Shown one piece after another: positions 21,853 through 34,986 of a stretch of DNA of 64,000 nucleotides (position 1 is the stretch's first letter; each line of letters starts with the position of its first letter). Location: the NCBI GenBank assembly GCA_963727485.1, contig CAVSGM010000002.1, forward strand, positions 1,376,001-1,440,000, written 5' to 3'. A program made the translations under genes and the position numbers. The notes beneath the pieces are model-generated. The model was given only the letters and a program-made list of their open reading frames with translations. It was not told the DNA's origin and searched no databases. The DNA is from an uncultured delta proteobacterium (GTDB taxonomy: Bacteria > Myxococcota > Myxococcia > SLRQ01).

Positions 21853-22073
21853 TCGCGCGCCTCGCCTGCCTCCGGCTCTGGCTCGTCGCCCGCCGCGCCC
21901 ACCGCGCGCAGGCGGGTCAGGCGGCCGTGGAGTACGCGGTGATGACCGCGAGCCTCCTGCTGACCACCGCCCTGGCCGCCCCGTTCATCCTGAAGTTCGC
22001 GCCGGACATGATCAACGCGCTCCAGATCTACATGAACGGGTTCTACTTCGTGCTCTCGCTGCCCTTCCCCTGA
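21849..22073 (+). CDS. Small Flp-type pilin
   Basis: GQAAVEY Flp motif followed by a hydrophobic helix; ATGA overlap with the upstream gene. Confidence 0.8.
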   Translation: MIARLACLRLWLVARRAHRAQAGQAAVEYAVMTASLLLTTALAAPFILKFAPDMINALQIYMNGFYFVLSLPFP

Positions 22074-22891
22074 TAGGGCTTGAGCTTCACCGGGCCCTGG
22101 CCCGCGCCGGGGACGGCGGCCTTGGCCTTCCCCCGGTGCCGGCGGCGGGTCTTCTGCTTCAGGGGCTCGAACGGGGGCAGGTCGGTCTTGGCGCCCTGGC
22201 CCGTGGCCGTCAGCTCCAGGGTCACCCCCTGGGGGGTGACCGACTTCACCAGGCCCCACAGCGGCACCTTGCCGCCGTCGAGCCAGAGGTCGGCGAGGAG
22301 GACCTGGCGCTTGCCCTGGCGCTGGTAGACCTTCAGGTGGCGGGTGGTGAACCGGCCCGCGGGGACGGTGACGGTCTCCCGGCCCAGGTGGCGCACCACG
22401 ATGTTGGCCGCGGTCATCGGCTGGCCCCGGCCGCCGACCTGGGTGACCTTCACGGCCCGGCCCGCGCCGTGGCCCCCGAGGATCGGGACCTCGATCGCCG
22501 GGACCCCGGTCTGGGCCAGCATCAGCCGGTCGATGTTCCCGGCGTGGCCGAGGCCCCCGGCGATCAGCATCTTCGCCCAGGCCCGGGTCCCCGTGGGCCG
22601 GGTGATGCGGAACTCCAGGAGGTGGTGGTGGGGGAACTGGTGGGGCAGCCGCGGGATCACCGAGACCCGCATCCGGGACGGGTTTGCGTTCGGCCGGGCC
22701 TCCTGATAGCTCACCCACACGCCCGGGGTGAGCTTGGGGGTGATCCCGAGCTTCTTCCACACGCCCGCGGGCAGGTAGAGGGAGAATGCCTTCGCTGCCG
22801 CCGCGGTCTTGTCCGGCTTCGACCCCGTCGCCCGCGCCGATCCCGGCGAGACGAGGAGCGCGACGACGAGGAGCAGGCCGGTGCGTCCCAT
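22043..22891 (-). CDS. Secreted hypothetical protein
   Basis: Signal peptide MGRTGLLLVVALLVSPGSARA; ETVTVPAGRF motif; basic composition. Confidence 0.7.
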   Translation of the reverse strand: MGRTGLLLVVALLVSPGSARATGSKPDKTAAAAKAFSLYLPAGVWKKLGITPKLTPGVWVSYQEARPNANPSRMRVSVIPRLPHQFPHHHLLEFRITRPTGTRAWAKMLIAGGLGHAGNIDRLMLAQTGVPAIEVPILGGHGAGRAVKVTQVGGRGQPMTAANIVVRHLGRETVTVPAGRFTTRHLKVYQRQGKRQVLLADLWLDGGKVPLWGLVKSVTPQGVTLELTATGQGAKTDLPPFEPLKQKTRRRHRGKAKAAVPGAGQGPVKLKPYQGKGSESTK

Positions 22892-22952
22892 GGCGGAACT
22901 ATCCGGGATGGCCCGGGGCGGGTCAAGGCAGGGCCCCGGGGCGGGATGCGCC

Positions 22953-23651
22953 GTGAAGAAGGGGCTGGTCCTCACCGTCTACGGGGCCATGGCCTTCGCC
23001 GGACTCCTCTGCGCCGCGCCCTTTCTCCAGGACGCCTGGCTCGCCCTCACCCGGCCCTGCGCCTACCTCCCGGGGCTCCGGGCGCCGGGGTTCTGGGTCG
23101 CCGCCAGCCTGGTCACCGCCGGCGCCCTCTTCCACGTGGTGCGCAGCACCTTCCTCGGCTCGCCCCACCGCCGGCAGGTGGCGGCGCTGATGCTGGTGGC
23201 CAGCGCGTCCCTGGTGGTGGGCCGGCTCCTCGGGGTCCCCGCCGACACCGGGCCGGTCCCGGGGATCCAGCTGGGCCACGCCTTCGCCCGGGCCCGGGCC
23301 GTCCTCGCCGCCGCCACCGTCGACGGCCGCTACCCCGCGCGCTTCCCCGGGGACGGGGTGCTCCGGGACGCCCGGGGCCACCCGGTGGTCACCGGCTACC
23401 TCGGCCACGGCCGTCGCCTGCCCTTCCGCGTGGTCACCCGGACCCCGGCAGCGGGCGCCGCCCTCACCGCCCGGGCCGACGACCGCCCGGGCACCCTCTA
23501 CTACGTGCGCCGCCCCGACGGCGGCACCTACTGGCTCACCGCCCTGATGATGGCCGGGACCCCCGTGGGCCCCGCCCGCTTCGTCCGCGACCCGTCCTCC
23601 CACCAGGCCGTGGTCGTCCACCCCGACCCCCCCACTCGGAGCCCCGAATGA
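22953..23651 (+). CDS. Hypothetical membrane protein
   Basis: GTG start; three hydrophobic N-terminal segments; stop overlaps the next ATG. Confidence 0.55.
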   Translation: MKKGLVLTVYGAMAFAGLLCAAPFLQDAWLALTRPCAYLPGLRAPGFWVAASLVTAGALFHVVRSTFLGSPHRRQVAALMLVASASLVVGRLLGVPADTGPVPGIQLGHAFARARAVLAAATVDGRYPARFPGDGVLRDARGHPVVTGYLGHGRRLPFRVVTRTPAAGAALTARADDRPGTLYYVRRPDGGTYWLTALMMAGTPVGPARFVRDPSSHQAVVVHPDPPTRSPE

Positions 23652-24088
23652 TCCGCTTCCTCCTCGCCACCGTGGCCCTGCCCCTGGTGTTCTCCACCGC
23701 CATCCCCGTGCCCACCCACGGGCCCAAGACCATGCCCCCCGAGGCCTTCAAGATGGTCCACGACCACCTGAAGACCATCAAGCAGTTCGACCTGAAGGCG
23801 CTGGGGATCCCGGTGGAGCAGAGCCTCCGGCTCGCCGGCGCGGTGGGCAACCCCGCGAACCCCGGGGTCCTGGTCGCCGTGTCCCCCAAGAAGGTGGAGA
23901 CCCTGGTGCGCTGGTACCAGCACCGCCTCCACGGCTGGAAGCTCGAGGGCCACGTCCCGGGCAAGAGCGCCAGCTTCAAGCCGGCGACCGGCACCGCCAA
24001 GGTCACGGTGAGCGTCTGCCTCGGCGGCAGCTACCAGCTCTTCAAGTGCGCCTCGGTGCTCCGCTTCTACAAGGCCACCGGCAAGTAG
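23648..24088 (+). CDS. Secreted hypothetical protein (paralog A)
   Basis: MIRFLLATVALPL signal; aligns end to end with the next ORF. Confidence 0.75.
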   Translation: MIRFLLATVALPLVFSTAIPVPTHGPKTMPPEAFKMVHDHLKTIKQFDLKALGIPVEQSLRLAGAVGNPANPGVLVAVSPKKVETLVRWYQHRLHGWKLEGHVPGKSASFKPATGTAKVTVSVCLGGSYQLFKCASVLRFYKATGK

Positions 24089-24219
24089 GGCCGCCGGCCG
24101 GGCGCCGGCCCCGCACCTCGACCGGTCGGCCCGGGGGCGGTATCCTGGGATGTCTTCAATGGAAGGCCCGGTGCCGACCGGCCGGCGTCGGGGCGTCCAC
24201 CGCGACCCTGGAGGAGCCC

Positions 24220-27344
<3,125 letters not shown>

Positions 27345-28496
27345 TCAACCCCCTGGAATCCAAGACGATTCCGGGGGCGCCGATGGGGTGAGGACCCCGG
27401 CCTCCACCCGGACCCAGGTGGCGGCCGCCGAGGGGGGCACCGGGGCCAGGGACGGATTGGTCGTGGTGAGCACCACCTGGCCGGTGAACTGCCCGAGGTA
27501 GGCCAGCAGGTGGGCGTTGCGCTCGGGGTCGAGCTCGCTGGAGACGTCGTCGAGGAGCAGCAGGGGCACCCGCCCGGTCTCGGCCTCGAGGTTCTCGATC
27601 TCGGCGACCTTCAGGGCCAGCACCACCGCCCGCTGCTGCCCCTGGCTGGCGTAGACCCGCACCTCCCGGTCGTCCAGGGAGAGCGCCACGTCGTCGGCAT
27701 GGGGACCGGCGGTGGTGAAGCCCCGGGCCCGGTCGAGGCCGGCCCGGCGGGCCAGCACCTCGGCGAAGCACCCGGCGAGGCCCTCCGGGTCCCGGGGGAG
27801 CGATCCGGCGTCGCCCAGGGCGCTCTGATAGGCCAGGGTGAGGGTGAGGTCGGCGCCGGTGACCGAGCGCCACCTCGCCTCGACCCGGGGGGCGAGCTCG
27901 TCGAGGAGGGTCAGGCGCCGGGCGAGGATCCGCCCCCCGGCGGTGGCCAGGGTGGCGTCGAAGGCGGCCAGCGCCCCGGCGTCCCCGGCGCCCTTGCGCG
28001 CCGCCCGGAGCAGCTCGTTTCGCGCCTTGAGGGCCCGGCTGTAGACCCGGTGGTCGGCGAGGTAGCCCGCCTGCCGGGTGAACGCCGCCCGGTCGAGCCA
28101 GCGCCTTCGGGTCGCCGGCGCGCCCTTGGCGATCTCCAGGTCGTCGGGGGTGAAGGCCACGACCTTGAGGACCTCGGCGTAGCGCTCCACCGACCCCGGG
28201 GCCTTCTCGTCGACGGTCGCCTCCCGGCCCCCGGCCCCCAGGCGCACCTTGAGGGTCCGGGTGATGGTCTCGGCGACCTCGCCCCTCACCTCGGCGGCCT
28301 CGGCCCCCAGGCGCACCAGGTCGGCGCTCCGGCTCCCGCGCAAGGGCCGGAGGGTGGCCAGGTAGTAGATGGCCTCGAGGAGGTTGGTCTTCCCCTGGCC
28401 GTTCTCGCCGTGGACCACCGTCACCGACCCGGCGGGCACCAGGACCGCCGACCGGAGGTTGCGGAAGTCCCGCACCGTGAGGCGGGTGAGGCGCAG
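27345..28496 (-). CDS. recF: DNA replication/repair protein RecF
   Basis: DFRNL, GENGQGKTNLLEAI, RRRWLD, GPHADD, ASQGQQR, LLLDDVSSELD; the homologous N-terminus LRLTRLTV begins at a CTG. Confidence 0.95.
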   Translation of the reverse strand: MRLTRLTVRDFRNLRSAVLVPAGSVTVVHGENGQGKTNLLEAIYYLATLRPLRGSRSADLVRLGAEAAEVRGEVAETITRTLKVRLGAGGREATVDEKAPGSVERYAEVLKVVAFTPDDLEIAKGAPATRRRWLDRAAFTRQAGYLADHRVYSRALKARNELLRAARKGAGDAGALAAFDATLATAGGRILARRLTLLDELAPRVEARWRSVTGADLTLTLAYQSALGDAGSLPRDPEGLAGCFAEVLARRAGLDRARGFTTAGPHADDVALSLDDREVRVYASQGQQRAVVLALKVAEIENLEAETGRVPLLLLDDVSSELDPERNAHLLAYLGQFTGQVVLTTTNPSLAPVPPSAAATWVRVEAGVLTPSAPPESSWIPGG

Positions 28497-28505
28497 GGCC
28501 CGCCC

Positions 28506-29108
28506 CTACTTCGACCCGGGGGTGGGCGACCCGACCCCGGCCGGCCGGACCCTCGGCGGGATCGCCCCCCGGTCGAGGACCCGGGGGAGGACGCAGCCGC
28601 GGACGCCGTACCGGAACTGGGTGATCACCTCGGCGGGGGGCTGGCCCTTGCCCTTGGCCTTGCCGACCTCGTAGACCCAGGCCACCCGGCCCAGCGGGTC
28701 GCGCTCGAGGCTCGCCTGACCCCGGCCCGCGGGGCCGTCGAGGATGCTCGCGAGGAGCACCAGGCCCGGCTTCATCGGGCCCCCGGTGGCGGCGCCCCGG
28801 GCGGGGATGGCGGCGAGCTCGTAGCGCCCGTCGTCGCTCTCGGTGAGCCGCTCCCGGAGGAAGCAGGTCCCGCGGACGAAGCGCTCGAGGATCACCGACT
28901 GGGGCGCGCCCCCGTCCCAGGTGACCTGGGTCCCCTGGTAGGCGTCGACGCCCTGGGGGATGGCCCGGTCCACCGCCCCCTGGCCCACGGCGTAGGCGGG
29001 CTTGGGGCCGGTGGCGGTCAGCGGCCTCGGACCCCGGCTGCCCGGCGCGGCCTGATGGCAGGCACCGAGGGCGAGGAGGGTGGAGGCGGCGAGGGCGAAA
29101 CGACGCAT
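28506..29108 (-). CDS. Hypothetical lipoprotein between dnaN and recF
   Basis: Lipoprotein signal MRRFALAASTLLALGAC. Confidence 0.7.
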   Translation of the reverse strand: MRRFALAASTLLALGACHQAAPGSRGPRPLTATGPKPAYAVGQGAVDRAIPQGVDAYQGTQVTWDGGAPQSVILERFVRGTCFLRERLTESDDGRYELAAIPARGAATGGPMKPGLVLLASILDGPAGRGQASLERDPLGRVAWVYEVGKAKGKGQPPAEVITQFRYGVRGCVLPRVLDRGAIPPRVRPAGVGSPTPGSK

Positions 29109-30209
29109 CAGAATCCGCATCGGCATGACCACGGCGGTGTACCCGTCCTCACCCTCGGGCTGGACCACCGCCGGAGAGAGCTCGTCGCTGACCGTGAGCC
29201 GGATGGCGTCGGTGGAGAGGACGCCGAGGACGTCGATGAGGTAGCGGGCGTTGAAGCCCACGGTGACCTCGGGGCCCTCGTAGGGGACCTCCAGGGCCTC
29301 GGAGGCCTCGCCGAGGTCGGGGTTCTCGCTGACCACCGTGAGGGCGCCGGAGGCGAGCTGGAGGCGCACCGCCGGGGCCCGGTCCGGGGAGACCAGGGAG
29401 ACGCGCTTGAGGGTCCCGAGGAAGCGCTCCCGGGGCACGATGAGGGCGCTGGCGGCGACCTCGGGGATGACCTGCTCGTAGTCGGGGAACTGGCCGTCGA
29501 CCAGGCGCATGGTGAGGGTGAGGCCCTCGGTGCGGAAGATGGCGTTGGACCCGGCGATGGCCAGCCGGACCGACCCGGGCTTCTCGGCGAGGAGCCGGCG
29601 CATCTCCTGGAGGCCCTTTCTCGGGACGATGACGCCCTGGGTGAGGCCGAGGTCGCCGCCCAGGGGCCGCTCGATCATCGCCAGGCGGTGGCCGTCGGTG
29701 GCCACCATCCGGACCTTGTCGTCCTTCTGCTCGAGGTAGACGCCGTTGAGGTTGTAGCGGGTCTCGTCGGTCGAGACCGCGAACTGGGTCTTCTCGATCA
29801 TCTCCGCCAGGAGCCCCGGCTCCACCTCGACGAAGCTGGCGCCCTCGGCACCCGGGAGCGCCGGGTAGTCCTCGGGGGCGGCGCCGACGATGCGGAAGCG
29901 CGCCCGGCCCGAGGTGATCTCCACCCAGTTGTTGGGGGTCCGGGAGAGGCGGACCTCGGGCTCGGGGAGGCTGCGGACGATGTCGAGGAGGTTCTTGGCG
30001 GGGACGGTGACCCGCCCCGGCTTCTCCACCTCGGCGGGGTGCTCGCCGGTCAGCCCGAGCTCGAGGTCGGTGGCCGAGACGGTGAGCTTGCCGCCCTCGG
30101 CGTCGAGGAGGACGTTGGCCAGGATGGGCATGGTCGCCTTGCGGTCGACGATGCCCTGGGCCCGGTAGAGGCCCTTCTGGAGCTCCTCGGCGCTCATCCG
30201 GATGTCCAT
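29108..30209 (-). CDS. dnaN: DNA polymerase III beta clamp (stop apparently lost by a 1-base insertion)
   Basis: TMPILANVLL, SATDLE, STDETRYNLNG, VATDGHRL, IVPRKG, GQFPDYEQVIP, GFNARYL, VVMPMRI; reads ATT CTG ATG where ATC TGA TG is expected. Confidence 0.95.
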
Positions 30210-30277
30210 GCCGTTCTCCGTGTCCGGGCCCCAATCCCGATCCCAAGGGAAACAGAAAGGGTCTTGGATCGAATCTA

Positions 30278-30475
30278 CAGTCGGGATCGTAGGGGATGTG
30301 GATTTGTGGGAAGCACAGCCAACCCACCGGGATCCCGAGCGGCTTGCCTGTGGGCTGTTCCCGGCCACCCGGTGTGGCCCGCCTGTGTAGCACCCGGCTC
30401 TGAGGGTCGTCAACACGATGCGAGGGGCCTGTCCCCACCGTTTCACCCAGGCCTTTCCCCATCCTCTCCACAGGG
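30278..30475. promoter_or_regulatory. oriC: oriC unwinding region: overlapping tandem DnaA boxes, DnaA-trio-like triplets and further degenerate boxes
   Basis: Minus strand CTTCCCACA/AAATCCACA (30297-30313, sharing one base), TCCC spacer, then CTA CGA TCC CGA CTG; further TGTGG/CCACA cores to about 30472. Confidence 0.7.
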
Positions 30476-30539
30476 GCGGTGCCGCGCCACCGGGGTGGAC
30501 CTCCCGGCGGCCCGGGGGCTCTGGTAGCCTCCCGGGTCC

Positions 30540-32057
30540 ATGGGCCGCGACGTCACCGACAAGCGCCTGGCGCGCCTGCTCCCGGTGGAGCGCTGGCCGA
30601 CCGCCGAGGAGGCCGCGGGGAGCCGCCTCTTCTCCCCGGTGCGCCTCGGGCCGTTCACCCTCGCCACCCGCACCTGGGTCCCGGCGATGGTCCCCTGGCG
30701 GGCCACCGCCGACGGCGGGGTCACCGAGCGCAACCTCGCCTGGTACCGGCGCTTCGCCGAGGGGCGCCCCGGGGCCCTCGTGGTCGAGGCCACGGGGATC
30801 CGCGACGTGCCCTCGGGGCCGCTGCTGCGCATCGGCGACGACCGCTTCGTCGAGGGCCTCTCCCGCCTCGCCGAGGTCGTCCACCAGGCGAGCGGCGGAG
30901 AGACCCGGCTCTTCATCCAGCTCATCGACTTCCTGCGCATCCGCCGGCGCCCGGACCCGAAGCGGTTCTTCGCCGAGTTCCTGCGGGTGGACGAAGGCCT
31001 CCGGGCCCGCCTCGCCGCCCACCTCGGTGACCCCGCCCTCGAAGGCGCCGACGAGGCCGGGGTGCGCGCGCGGCTCGCCGGCCTCGCCGCCGCCGGCCTC
31101 GAGCAGGTCCTCTCCGAGCGCGACCTCGAGGCCCTGCGCTTCGGGGATCGGGAGCGGGTCACCGACGTCGAGGTGCCCGCCATCCGCGACCTGCCGCGCG
31201 CGCTCCCCGGCCTCTTCGCCGCCGCCGCCCGCCGGGCGAAGGCCGCGGGCTTCGACGGGGTCGAGCTCCACTGCGCCCACGCCTACACCCTCGCCTCCTT
31301 CCTCTCGCGGCTCAACACCCGGACCGACGGCTACGGGGGCGACCTCGAGGGCCGGGCGCGGCTGCCCCTCGAGGTCTACCGGGCGGTGCGCGCCGAGGTG
31401 GGCGAGGGCTACCCGGTGGGCGCCCGCCTGCTCACCGACGAGATCATCGGGGGGGGCAGCCGGGTCGCCGATGCCATCCACTTCGCCACCGCCTTCGCCC
31501 GCGCCGGCATGGACTACCTGTCGCTGTCCCGGGGCGGGAAGTTCGAGGACGCCAGGCAGCCCAAGGTCGGCCACGCCGCCTACCCCTACACCGGGCCCTC
31601 GGGGCAGGCGTGCATGCCCACCGTGGGGATCGACGCCGCCGGGCCCTTCGGCCGGAACGTCCCCGACACCGCGCGGGTGCGCCGGGCGCTGCGCGAGGCG
31701 GGTCATGGGACCCCGGTGGTGGTCGCCGGGGGCATCGCCACCTTCGACCAGGCCGAGGGGATCCTCGCCCGCGGCGAGGCCGACGTCATCGGCACCGCCC
31801 GGCAGGCCCTGGCCGACCCCGACTGGCTGCTCAAGGTGCGCACCGGCCACGGCGCCGAGGTGCGCCGGTGCTTCTTCACCAACTACTGCGAGGGCCTCGA
31901 CCAGGCCCACAAGACGGTGACCTGCCAAAGGTGGGACCGGCGCTTCCCCGAGGGCGAGGGGCACGTCCCCCTCGACGACGACGGCCGGCGCCGGCTCACC
32001 GCCCCGCCCTGGCGGCCCCCCGGGCCCGGGCGGGTCTCGGACGACCAGATGTCATAG
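30540..32057 (+). CDS. NADH:flavin oxidoreductase (Old Yellow Enzyme family)
   Basis: LFSPV, PAMV, VEATG, AGFDGVELHCAHAY, N.RTDGYGG, RQALADPDW, C..TNYC. Confidence 0.9.
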   Translation: MGRDVTDKRLARLLPVERWPTAEEAAGSRLFSPVRLGPFTLATRTWVPAMVPWRATADGGVTERNLAWYRRFAEGRPGALVVEATGIRDVPSGPLLRIGDDRFVEGLSRLAEVVHQASGGETRLFIQLIDFLRIRRRPDPKRFFAEFLRVDEGLRARLAAHLGDPALEGADEAGVRARLAGLAAAGLEQVLSERDLEALRFGDRERVTDVEVPAIRDLPRALPGLFAAAARRAKAAGFDGVELHCAHAYTLASFLSRLNTRTDGYGGDLEGRARLPLEVYRAVRAEVGEGYPVGARLLTDEIIGGGSRVADAIHFATAFARAGMDYLSLSRGGKFEDARQPKVGHAAYPYTGPSGQACMPTVGIDAAGPFGRNVPDTARVRRALREAGHGTPVVVAGGIATFDQAEGILARGEADVIGTARQALADPDWLLKVRTGHGAEVRRCFFTNYCEGLDQAHKTVTCQRWDRRFPEGEGHVPLDDDGRRRLTAPPWRPPGPGRVSDDQMS

Positions 32058-32103
32058 ACTCGCCCCGCCCGAGGTCGCCGGGCCCCGCATGGGGAGGTGA
32101 GCC

Positions 32104-32826
32104 ATGGCCGAGACCGACGCCACGCCCGAACGCGATGCCGCTGGCCGCTACCGCAGCCCGGTGGACGAGGCCACCGAGCGCCTGCGCCACGAGGGCCGGC
32201 GCCTCCGCGGTCGCCTGGATCGCTCCCGGCGGGTGGTGCTCCGGGACTTCCTCATCTACGAGCTCAAGCTCTTCCTCGACGGCCTCAAGGGCGCGGTGAT
32301 GGGCCTTCTGACCATCCCCGCCATCGTCCTCGACCTCGTCCACCCCGGCGAGCGGCCGGGCCACCGGTTCTACGGGGTGATGCGCCTCGGCGAGCGCCTC
32401 GACCGCTGGCTCTCGCTCTACGGCGTCGCCGAGGCGGCGGAGCGGGACCCGGACGGGATGTTCGGGGTCAGCCGCGCCGGCAGCCCCACCCTCCTCGGGC
32501 GCCTCGAGGCGGTGGTGGACCGCGCGGTGGTGGGCCACGACGCCGACCACCTGGGCGAGGACCCGCCGGCGCCCGCCGGGCCGGACGCCGACGACCCGGG
32601 GACCAATCCCCACGACGCGGGGACCGATCCCGAAGCCGCCAATCCGTCGGACGCCTCCGGTCCCGGCCACGCCGCGCCACCCCGGCCACCCCGGGCCGCC
32701 CGGGTCGCAGGCGACCTCTTCGACCACGGCCTCGAGGTCCTCGATCGCGCCGTCGACGTCCTCGACAAGCCCGCCCCCGAGGCGGCGCCGGAGGCCACCG
32801 GCGACGCGCCGGATCAGCCGGTGTAG
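32104..32826 (+). CDS. Hypothetical protein
   Basis: GGAGGT RBS; LRD.LI..LKL.LDGLK and FY.V.RLGER.DRWL.LYG core with an acidic Pro-rich tail. Confidence 0.65.
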   Translation: MAETDATPERDAAGRYRSPVDEATERLRHEGRRLRGRLDRSRRVVLRDFLIYELKLFLDGLKGAVMGLLTIPAIVLDLVHPGERPGHRFYGVMRLGERLDRWLSLYGVAEAAERDPDGMFGVSRAGSPTLLGRLEAVVDRAVVGHDADHLGEDPPAPAGPDADDPGTNPHDAGTDPEAANPSDASGPGHAAPPRPPRAARVAGDLFDHGLEVLDRAVDVLDKPAPEAAPEATGDAPDQPV

Positions 32827-34329
32827 ACCTCGTCCTGCTCGATCCGCGAGAGCACCCAGTCGAACTTCCCGGTGGTCACCGTGGCCCCGCAGTACTCGCA
32901 CTCGCCGGCCATGGTGATCTTGTCGAGCGGCGCCCCGCAGTTGGGGCACACCGGGTCGCTCGTCGCCTGCTTGCCCGCGGTGCCGGTGCCCCGGATCAGG
33001 GTCCAGTACTCGGAGTAGCGCCGCGCGCGGCTCTTGCTCCCGCCGACCACGTGGTGGTCGCTGTCGCGCACGGTGTAGTCGAGGCCGGTGGCGTACACGC
33101 GCACGGTGATGGCGTCGTACCACTTGTCGTGGGTCACCGCCGCCGGCTGCACCCGCTCCACGCGCATCTGCTCCAGGACGTTGGTGAGCTTCGCCTGCTG
33201 GTAGGCGTCAATCCAGAACTGCTGCATGTGGAAGAGGTTGTCGCTGACGAAGGGCCGGGCCTTCTGCCAGTCGCGGGTGGTCCAGGCGGTGTTCAGGGCG
33301 TCGTAGATCAGCCGGAGGCGCTGCTCGAAGGCGGGCCAGTCGAAGGTCGGGTCGCGCGCCTGGAGATTGGCGAGGCGCGCCTGGAGGTCCGGGGCGAGGA
33401 CGCTGGGGAGGTTCGTGCCCTCCTCGGCGGTGGTGCCGGTGAGCTGGGGCCCGCGGGCCTGGCGCTCGATGAGCTCCACCTGCTGCACCACCCAGTCGAA
33501 GGCGCCGGTGTCCACCCGGTTGCCGCAGTAGGCGCAGGTGGCGCCGTGGATCTCCGAGAGGGCGGCGCCGCAGCTGGGGCAGGCGAAGACCGCGGCCTTC
33601 TCCGGGGGCCTCGACTGCACCCCGTGACGCCGGAAGAGGCGCCAGGCCTCGGCGACGTAGTAGGTCTGCTGCTTCCCGCCGGCGCGGACCTCGGTGTAGT
33701 TCGCCTCGAAGGCGACGTCGACGCTGACCCCGATGCTGTGCTGCTCCAGGCCGGAGATGGTCACGTAGCGCATGGCGCCGACCACCACCGTGTGGACCCC
33801 GGTGAGGCCCTCCGAGAATCGCCGCCAGGCCGGTCCGGGTGGCCTCGGTGAGCCAGGGCGAGAGCGTCTCCAGCTCGCCGTTGCCCCGGGCCTCGTGGGT
33901 GCGGGCGTAGAGGGCGTAGAGGAAGTCCTCGAAGAGGATCACCGAGAAGTTCTGGTCCTCCATCGCCAGGCTCTGGAGCTGGCGGCGGCGGGAGACCCGC
34001 GGGGCCATGGGCGGGGGCACCACCGTCTGGGTGGACCACTCGGCGCGCTGCCCCTCCCGGTTCCGGTTGAACAGGTAGACGAGGCCCACGATGACCGCCA
34101 GGGGGATCCCGATGGCCGGGTGGACGATGATGAGCCAGATGAGGAGCCCCAGGCCATCCCCGCCGCCGCCGCCGTGGCCCCCGCCGCCGCCGTGGAAGCC
34201 GCCGGAGAAGGAGCCGCCGCCCCCGGGCCGGGCGAGCGCCGGGTGGGCGAGGAGGAGCAGCGGGAGGACGATGGCCAAGGCGAGCAGGCCGAGGCGGAGG
34301 AGGCGGCGGAGTCGGGGCGAGGGGCTCAT
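32814..34329 (-). CDS. Tim44-like domain membrane protein with Zn ribbons (indel near 33810)
   Basis: Signal ending ALA-RPGGGGSFSGG, a TM helix, CPSCGA...CAYCG, DPTFDW..F, SEYWTLIR, CPNCGA...CEYCG. Confidence 0.8.
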
Positions 34330-34949
34330 GACGCGTCCACCGTGTCCGGGAGCTCGTTGACGTCGTCGTCGGCGTGGGGCAGGGCCGGGGCGAGGACGCC
34401 GCCGAAGTCGGCGAGGGCGGCGACGAAGCCGTCGACGTCTCCGCCGCGGAAGGCCCGATCGAGGCGGCCGACGGCCTCGGCCCATCCCTTGACCTCCCCG
34501 GGGACGACGCCGGCGTCGGGGACCAGGACCGCCCGGCGCTCGAAGGCCGAGAGGAACACCAGGATCCCGGTGCGCCCGGTGGTCCGCGAGATGCCCAGGG
34601 CGTGGAACGCCGCCTGCGCCGCCTGCGCCGCCTGGCGATCGAGGCGCCGGCGGGTGAGCAGGAGCCGGCGCATCGGCGGCACCCAGGCCGACAGCGCGGT
34701 GCCCAGGGCGAAGCCGAGGGCCACGTCGAAGGGGAAGGTCCAGAGGGTGAAGGTCTGGGGGAGCCAGAGGAGCAGGGTCAGGACCCCGAGGCCGAAGCCG
34801 AGGCCCCAGAGGTAGTCCGGGTCCCGGTAGGGACCGGAGGCCCGGCGCACGGCGACCACCAGCTCCGCCGAGGTCTTGGCCTCGGCCCGGCCGATGGCCT
34901 CGGCGGTGCGCTTGCGGGCGTCGTCACCGAAGAAGGCGGTCAGGGACAT
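34326..34949 (-). CDS. TPM-domain membrane protein
   Basis: AI..AE.KTSAELVVAV, two TM helices, F...G...T..RTGILVFLS.FERRAVL..D.G, DVNELPD. Confidence 0.85.
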   Translation of the reverse strand: MSLTAFFGDDARKRTAEAIGRAEAKTSAELVVAVRRASGPYRDPDYLWGLGFGLGVLTLLLWLPQTFTLWTFPFDVALGFALGTALSAWVPPMRRLLLTRRRLDRQAAQAAQAAFHALGISRTTGRTGILVFLSAFERRAVLVPDAGVVPGEVKGWAEAVGRLDRAFRGGDVDGFVAALADFGGVLAPALPHADDDVNELPDTVDAS

Positions 34950-34986
34950 GCCTCCCTGTTACCACCGCCCACGGCCGGCGTCAGCG

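Noticed and set aside
28506..31964. 1152-aa ORF suggesting a giant DnaN fusion protein
   Set aside because: The N-terminal part is antisense to the OYE gene and runs across the origin, and the C-terminal fusion depends on one extra T at the dnaN stop.
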